64,000 nt of DNA from IMG/VR virus record IMGVR_UViG_2744054962_000001, one strand, 5' to 3'. Below, in pieces: positions 59,189 through 64,000 of the stretch (its first letter is position 1; every line of letters starts with the position of its first letter). Below the pieces are notes generated by a model. The model made no database searches, was not told where the DNA came from, and saw only the letters and a program-made list of their open reading frames with translations. The DNA comes from a virus (Duplodnaviria; Heunggongvirae; Uroviricota; Caudoviricetes). Made by a program: the position numbers and the translations under genes.

Positions 59189-59475
59189 GCAATTTAACTT
59201 CTTGGGACTGGTGGTTGGCCACCTATTTCTTAGCGGCCGGAGTCGCATTCGCCTTTTACGTAGGTCAGTTAGTCGTAAAACTGTTGCTGATTAAATTTGC
59301 CAGTCATAAACGTATCGATGATGGTCTGTGGCGTCTTGGCACCCTGGTGGAAACTCGCTACGGGCAACTTAAGGAGAACGAAACCATTACTATCCAAGCG
59401 AAACGATTCACTGCCACCATCACAAGAACACCTAGTCGTAGAGTGGCCTTGATCAAAAAAGTCACAACCGAATAA
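59185..59475 (+). CDS. Small membrane protein (96 aa)
   Basis: ATGA overlap with upstream gene; N-terminal TM helix. Confidence 0.45.
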   Translation: MSNLTSWDWWLATYFLAAGVAFAFYVGQLVVKLLLIKFASHKRIDDGLWRLGTLVETRYGQLKENETITIQAKRFTATITRTPSRRVALIKKVTTE

Positions 59476-59483
59476 AAACATAT

Positions 59484-59506
59484 CGATAAGTATTTACTTA
59501 CTTATC
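59484..59506 (+). promoter_or_regulatory. ATAAGTA-family motif (GATAAGTATTTACTTACTTATC)
   Basis: Palindromic copy at start of the non-coding leader that precedes the tRNA cluster. Confidence 0.45.
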
Positions 59507-59865
59507 CTTTGTGTATAAGATGACTTTGTTTTCGTTGAGACGCGACTGTTTGAACTTAAATACAAGTGCAAACGAAGAAGTCTATCTGGCAGTAGCCTAA
59601 TAAGCCAAACACCAGCGAGGTCAGTTTCCAGCCTCGTTACCGAAATGGGACACACTGAGCGAGTGTGATTGCAGAACGCAGGAGGGAACATTCATGTTCC
59701 CTCCGATGAAGTAACAGAATGGGCGGTTGGTATATTTTCAACTCCATATGACTCCCGGATTCTTAGCCACTGACCGCCCATCCTGTTACGTCATTTTGTT
59801 CAATTATGTCGTTTATACTGGGTTAAAAAGCGGCGACGTAGCCCGGCTGGTATGGTTAGCCAGCA

Positions 59866-59987
59866 CACAACGTTGAGGCCATTACATTTTTATCAATTCT
59901 AAGGTTCTATTCACAGAGATACCGGCGAGCGTTGATATGTAACATGTTGGGCAAACATTCAATCGGAGTAGTGGCCTCAACGTTGTG
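59866..59987. repeat. Perfect 16-bp inverted repeat pair (CACAACGTTGAGGCCA / TGGCCTCAACGTTGTG) separated by 90 nt
   Basis: Arms at 59866-59881 and 59972-59987 are exact reverse complements. Confidence 0.8.
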
Positions 59988-60253
59988 AAGACGGGATTGT
60001 TGTGTAGGTTTAACCACTGTTGCCATTGGTGCCTGTTTTCACAACAAATGATTCCATACATCACATTGTATAAATTACAAAGTAGGTGCTGTCCTCAGAA
60101 ACATCATCTACTTAAAGATTTTGCCTTCTACTATTGAGCGAAGTCGAAAGCGTCTGGCACTAACGAAAAGTGCAAGTAGCGGTGCGTTTCATGGCAGAAA
60201 CTAAACCGTCGCGATTGGCACTGTTGAGTAATAAATACTGGCAGTGCTGAATT

Positions 60254-60328
60254 GATGGTGTAGCTCAGCGGTAGAGCAGTTGGCTGTTAACCAACTGGTC
60301 GGTGGTTCGAATCCACCCACCATCGCCA
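60254..60328 (+). tRNA. tRNA-Asn (anticodon GTT)
   Basis: Cloverleaf: acceptor GATGGTG/CACCATC, D-arm GCTCAGCGGTAGAGC, anticodon loop CTGTTAA, T-loop TTCGAAT, encoded CCA. Confidence 0.85.
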
Positions 60329-60330
60329 AT

Positions 60331-60406
60331 GCCGGTTTAGCTCAGTTGGTAGAGCACCTGCCTTGTAAGCAGGATGTCAGCGGTTCGAATCCGTTAACCG
60401 GCACCA
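60331..60406 (+). tRNA. tRNA-Thr (anticodon TGT)
   Basis: Acceptor GCCGGTT/AACCGGC, anticodon stem CCTGC/GCAGG with loop CTTGTAA, T-loop TTCGAAT, encoded CCA. Confidence 0.85.
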
Positions 60407-60414
60407 ACACAATT

Positions 60415-60501
60415 GGAGAGTAGAGAGCATGGTGCTCAAGCGGTCTTGAAAGCCGTCCCATTGCGCAAGCGATGATGGTTCGATTCCATTACTCTCCGCC
60501 A
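60415..60501 (+). tRNA. tRNA-Ser (anticodon TGA), class II with long variable arm
   Basis: Acceptor GGAGAGT/ACTCTCC, anticodon loop CTTGAAA, variable arm with TTGCGCAA hairpin, T-loop TTCGATT, discriminator G plus CCA; anticodon stem has two G-U pairs. Confidence 0.65.
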
Positions 60502-60503
60502 GA

Positions 60504-60581
60504 CACAGCGTTGAGCGGTTTGGCCTATTAATCAACTCGATTAAGACTCCGCTAACATAAACCAGACCGCTCAACGCTGTG
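60504..60581. repeat. Perfect 16-bp inverted repeat (CACAGCGTTGAGCGGT / ACCGCTCAACGCTGTG) directly after tRNA-Ser
   Basis: Arms 60504-60519 and 60566-60581, 46-nt spacer; arm sequence related to the 59866 repeat. Confidence 0.8.
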
Positions 60582-60659
60582 ATAGACAATTACGGCAGAC
60601 GTTCTTAACCATAGCTTGCTAACATCATAGCAACACTTTTTTTCAGCGCAAAATTCAAA

Positions 60660-60679
60660 GGGGCTTCGGCCCCTTTTTT
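60660..60679 (+). terminator. Rho-independent terminator
   Basis: GGGGC-TTCG-GCCCC followed by TTTTTT. Confidence 0.75.
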
Positions 60680-60722
60680 GCAACTGAAAGAGTCAAGTCT
60701 ACGAACTTTGTAGGAAGAAATA

Positions 60723-61073
60723 ATGACCAGCAAAGAGAACACACCACTAAAAGTCACCTCTGAACACATTGAACAACTCATTCAAAGTGAACATTATTTC
60801 ACTGCATATGATGCCAGCCACGGGGATAACTTCATCTCTGTTTACAATTCAAAAACAGATATCGACAAAGGTCATGAGTCGTTAAAACTCTTAACGTTCT
60901 GCGTTATGGTTCTCAAAAATGGATATACCGTAACGGGAAAATCTGCGTGCGTAAGACCAGAAATCTTCAACTTTGATGTTGGTCGCGAGTACGCTCGAAA
61001 AGATGCTATCGATCAAATCTGGCCCCTGGAAGGCTATCTCCTGAAGCAAAAGTGGCATGAGGCAAAGCAATGA
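60723..61073 (+). CDS. Hypothetical protein (116 aa)
   Basis: ORF; ATGA overlap with downstream glutaredoxin-like gene. Confidence 0.5.
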   Translation: MTSKENTPLKVTSEHIEQLIQSEHYFTAYDASHGDNFISVYNSKTDIDKGHESLKLLTFCVMVLKNGYTVTGKSACVRPEIFNFDVGREYARKDAIDQIWPLEGYLLKQKWHEAKQ

Positions 61074-61315
61074 CGATCACTATCTACGGACGAGATAACT
61101 GCTCATACTGCAAACGTGCGGTCGAGCTGGCGAAGCAACTAAAGGGACATGGCTACGGTGATTATGAGTACATCGACATCACCACTGCCGGTATCGATAA
61201 GGAAAAACTTAGCGAAATTGTTGGAAAACCGGTAGAGACTATCCCCCAGGTGCTGATCGATGGCCAGCCGATTGGCGGATACACAGAGATGGCATCTTTC
61301 GTAAGTTTCTTATAA
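61070..61315 (+). CDS. Glutaredoxin-like protein (NrdH/Grx fold)
   Basis: 81 aa; redox motif CSYC near N-terminus; thioredoxin-fold length. Confidence 0.7.
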   Translation: MTITIYGRDNCSYCKRAVELAKQLKGHGYGDYEYIDITTAGIDKEKLSEIVGKPVETIPQVLIDGQPIGGYTEMASFVSFL

Positions 61316-61352
61316 GTAAAGGCCACATCTTTGTATATATAGTACATATAAC

Positions 61353-61377
61353 AAAAAAGGCCCATATGGGCCTTTTT
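61353..61377. terminator. Bidirectional rho-independent terminator
   Basis: AAAAAA-GGCCC-ATAT-GGGCC-TTTTT. Confidence 0.7.
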
Positions 61378-61499
61378 CATAACTTCTAGCTAATCACTAC
61401 AGAGGCTTAAAGACCACTTCACCCTTGCGTTCAGCTTCAGCTTTAGCAGTCATGAATCGTTTGATCATTTCGACTTTGCTAGCATGGATAGTTTTAAAA

Positions 61500-62054
61500 T
61501 CAATCTTCCCTTTGTTTTGGGTAGTGTTGTGTTCGTATCGCATAGGAAGCTCCGTCATTTAAATAAGTTAGGCCACGCTCTTGTGTAAATCTCTTCACAT
61601 ATCTCTTGTATGTGGCCATCAGTTCTTCGCGTTCTGCCGCAAAGAATAAAATCTGTATGCCTTCATTGTCGGCAACTTTGAGCATTAAGTCAACTAAAGT
61701 ACCGTAAAGGTATTGAAGTTCACCTAAAGTAAGATTAAAAGACCCTTCGGGTTTGGCAAATACGTTAATTGGCTCTTCCGCTCCAAGAGCAGCATTCTGG
61801 AGCTGTTCTTGCTGCCTGTCAAGTTGAATCATGTCCACAAAACTAACGACAGATACACACAACCCATAAACATCAGCACCTAACATATTATGCATAGTTT
61901 CTGCGGCAACAGGATCTAAAGAAGGAGGGCAAAAGACTAAACGGTATCTAGCCTTACGAGCTTCATTGCCAGAGAAAACAAAGTCTATATCTAAATATGA
62001 CAGATCACCCGGCAATGAAGCCAAACCAGGTGTAACCAACTTATGCAAGTGCAT
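61500..62054 (-). CDS. Hypothetical protein (184 aa)
   Basis: ORF divergent from integrase; no motif recognised. Confidence 0.5.
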   Translation of the reverse strand: MHLHKLVTPGLASLPGDLSYLDIDFVFSGNEARKARYRLVFCPPSLDPVAAETMHNMLGADVYGLCVSVVSFVDMIQLDRQQEQLQNAALGAEEPINVFAKPEGSFNLTLGELQYLYGTLVDLMLKVADNEGIQILFFAAEREELMATYKRYVKRFTQERGLTYLNDGASYAIRTQHYPKQRED

Positions 62055-62275
62055 CTGTCTCGAATCCCTCTTTATTAGTATAAGTTGTCTTATTGTACCC
62101 TACCAAACGTTTATATGCATTGTTATGTATTATTTTGATTTTCAATATTACCTCCTAGAACGAAGGGTAGATTTCAAAAAACGCATCCTTAATGATTCCA
62201 TACCTACTATGTATGGAATCATTGCCGAAAATGAGTTACTTTTACTCTTGATCCTATAAGAATCTATGCCTAATA

Positions 62276-62295
62276 TACTGTTTACTTATACAGTA
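62276..62295. promoter_or_regulatory. LexA-box-like site TACTGTTTACTTATACAGTA
   Basis: Fits TACTGT-N8-ACAGTA; 26 nt upstream of integrase ATG, in divergent promoter region. Confidence 0.5.
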
Positions 62296-62321
62296 CATCG
62301 GCGTAACTCGGTGATTGTCAT

Positions 62322-63425
62322 ATGAAAAATAGCTTTGACAGAGCACGCGCTGCGGAGAACACCTCAAAAGAGGCGATTGAGTATCTCGAAAGAGCATCTC
62401 AAATGCAGGCCGTTATGATCTCCCAGGTCAGCAATGACATGAGATTCTCGGACGCATTCATGTTATTCACTCGCTTATCTCTGCTGATAACCAGACGTCG
62501 GCCAGAGATCGCTGTTCATTGTATTTTGATACATGTTTTGCCGCACATTGCCGATGTAAAAGTAAGTGACATTAATAGGTTCATGGTGAACCAACTGGTC
62601 AACCCACTAATACTGGATGGCAAAATTGTTATGGGCCGCCGCGTTTTCTCTCTGATGAAGCAGTTCCTTAGCTGGTGCGCCTTCCAGGGGATGATAGACG
62701 TGTCACCGTTAAACGATATGTCACTTAACAAAGTTGCCGGTGGCGCAAAGCCCACACCTCGCGAGCGGAAGCTGACCGACGCAGAGGTATGGGTGTTCTG
62801 GAATATATGGGACTACTTCAATGTGTGTGCTGGTACAAAATGGGCGGCCAGGCTATGTCTTGTATCCGCAAGACGACCTGACGAAGTACTGCGGGCTAAA
62901 AAAAGTGAGTTCAATCTTAAGCGTGGGGTTTGGAATCAAGGCAAGAGGAACAAATCTGCCCGTGAGCATTCTCTGCCTTTAAGCTCATTAATGCGCACTT
63001 GTATTGAAGAGTTGTTCGAATATGGTAAAGACAGCCAGTGGCTCGTGCCTTCGAATAAAAAAATCGGGAAAGACCTTCCTATGTCTAAAGTGGCAATAGC
63101 CCAGGCATTACGTCGTATTCTGGAACGACCAGAACTGATGGAGCTTGAGCCATTTACACCCCGAGATTTGCGCCGTACTGCGCGTAGTTACTTCCCAGCA
63201 TTAGGCATAAGCCAGGAGGTATCACGTAAAATCATGAACCACAGTCTTGAGGGGATAGATCGGGTCTACGACCGGCACGATTATATGGACGAGATGCGAG
63301 ACGCCTTAGAAAGTTTCTCGACGTACATCGCATCAATCGTAGAGCAACCGGATTTAGACGAAATTGACCACAAATTCAAGGGAGATCGTCTATCAACAGA
63401 GCTTATTCGTGTAAATTTTTCATAG
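62322..63425 (+). CDS. int: Tyrosine recombinase / phage integrase
   Basis: C-terminal catalytic region with conserved Arg, RDLRRT and VYDRHDY tyrosine segment; N-terminal ~60 aa atypical, start uncertain. Confidence 0.7.
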   Translation: MKNSFDRARAAENTSKEAIEYLERASQMQAVMISQVSNDMRFSDAFMLFTRLSLLITRRRPEIAVHCILIHVLPHIADVKVSDINRFMVNQLVNPLILDGKIVMGRRVFSLMKQFLSWCAFQGMIDVSPLNDMSLNKVAGGAKPTPRERKLTDAEVWVFWNIWDYFNVCAGTKWAARLCLVSARRPDEVLRAKKSEFNLKRGVWNQGKRNKSAREHSLPLSSLMRTCIEELFEYGKDSQWLVPSNKKIGKDLPMSKVAIAQALRRILERPELMELEPFTPRDLRRTARSYFPALGISQEVSRKIMNHSLEGIDRVYDRHDYMDEMRDALESFSTYIASIVEQPDLDEIDHKFKGDRLSTELIRVNFS

Positions 63426-63806
63426 AGACTTTATGGCCTCAACAACCTTTTGTGATGCGCCTTTCTCTTTACCGAATCGCTCGTTATATGCAGCAAGAAC
63501 CTGTTTTTCGTCCTCGTTAAGAGGAGCAGTGCCTTCTTTGTATAAAAATGCTGCGAGTTCGGGTTGGCGTTCTTCCAGCACCATCATCATAAGACGACTT
63601 GGCTCAATACCCAGTGCCAGCGCCAGCGGACGAACCTTATCGATAGGCAAAGGAATTTTGCCGCTTTTAATTAAAGAAAGGTTGTTGGCGTTTTTATACC
63701 CAATTGTTTTGGCTATCTGGGCCTGGCTCATAGGTGAGGATTCAATCAACCCTGCGATAAAAGCAGCGTAGCGACTTTCTATAAATTCAATCTTGTTATC
63801 AGACAT
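63420..63806 (-). CDS. XRE-family HTH transcriptional regulator (repressor-like)
   Basis: HTH segment SQAQIAKTIGYKNANNLSLIKSG; convergent with integrase, overlapping by 6 nt. Confidence 0.7.
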   Translation of the reverse strand: MSDNKIEFIESRYAAFIAGLIESSPMSQAQIAKTIGYKNANNLSLIKSGKIPLPIDKVRPLALALGIEPSRLMMMVLEERQPELAAFLYKEGTAPLNEDEKQVLAAYNERFGKEKGASQKVVEAIKSL

Positions 63807-64000
63807 GGTTACAACCTTTGCGCGTTCAATTCTCTCTGGTAAGTGCTTACCGATATTACATCAAAGGTTATGGTTGTAAAGCTATTATCATTTTTTTCGA
63901 TAGGCACTTAAAAGACCGGTTAAAGGCCATTGCACGGAGAAAAATTAGCCAAAAATAGGTAAGAAAATCAACTTGCATATGATATGAATGTATTCAGTAT

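Larger units (their letters stand above)
5410..64000. mobile_element. Siphovirus-type phage genome (prophage or phage-plasmid-like element); left edge just after metG, right edge not reached
   Basis: Continuous phage gene content: terminase, portal, capsid, tape measure, lambda-like M/L/K/I/J, lysis cassette, replication genes, tRNAs, integrase; abrupt switch from host core genes at ~5.41 kb. Confidence 0.8.

Noticed and set aside
59494-60064. Small minus-strand ORFs 59494..59691 and 59882..60064
   Set aside because: Fall in the hairpin-rich leader upstream of the tRNA cluster; no RBS; overlap perfect inverted repeats.
60254-60501. Possibility that the tRNA cluster is a host tRNA locus serving as attB
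   Set aside because: The Asn and Thr sequences do not match the E. coli genes as I recall them and the cluster is embedded between phage genes; relies on memory and needs an alignment, so a residual possibility remains.
62322-63425. Whether the integrase is a pseudogene because its first ~60 aa look atypical
   Set aside because: The ORF is intact over 367 codons and the catalytic C-terminal region is complete; an atypical N-terminus is not enough to call a pseudogene.
5410-64000. Search for a DNA polymerase, reverse transcriptase, Cas gene or IS transposase in the element
   Set aside because: No ORF with polymerase, RT, Cas or transposase motifs seen; the only large ORFs are helicase, portal, tape measure, gpJ-like and fibre.

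Overview
The first ~5.4 kb is enterobacterial chromosome: the 5' part of a type I restriction-modification methyltransferase gene (hsdM-like, minus strand, running off the window start), a LexA-box-preceded gene for a UmuD-like S24 peptidase that starts exactly at the position of the UmuD cleavage site, then divergent apbC (mrp) and metG. From ~5.41 kb to the window end (>58 kb) the sequence is a tailed-phage genome of siphovirus type (lambda-like M-L-K-I-J tail-tip synteny) lying directly after the metG terminator. It contains: an early region of small genes punctuated by a repeated palindrome (AAACAAnTTGTTT), iteron arrays and an ~800 bp A+C-rich, G-depleted stretch without a credible ORF; an AT-rich minus-strand island of six unknown genes next to an SF2 helicase; a translationally coupled ParB-like/ParB-like/ABC-ATPase/GNAT-like operon; terminase, portal, capsid, tail, fibre and lysis modules; a GNAT/RHH toxin-antitoxin pair; a ParA/RHH partition module; DnaB-like helicase, primase and ATP-dependent ligase but no DNA polymerase; three tRNAs (Asn-GTT, Thr-TGT, Ser-TGA); and a tyrosine integrase plus XRE-type regulator at the right edge. 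An ATAAGTA-type motif precedes most middle and late genes. No CRISPR array, rRNA or IS element was seen. The best candidates for an undescribed system are the ParB-ParB-ABC-GNAT operon (17.3-20.2 kb) and the AT-rich island at 12.0-15.7 kb, with AT-rich insertions at 50-51.2 kb and 54.7-55.8 kb as further candidates. All functional calls rest on motif and synteny recognition by eye; no database search or computation was run.
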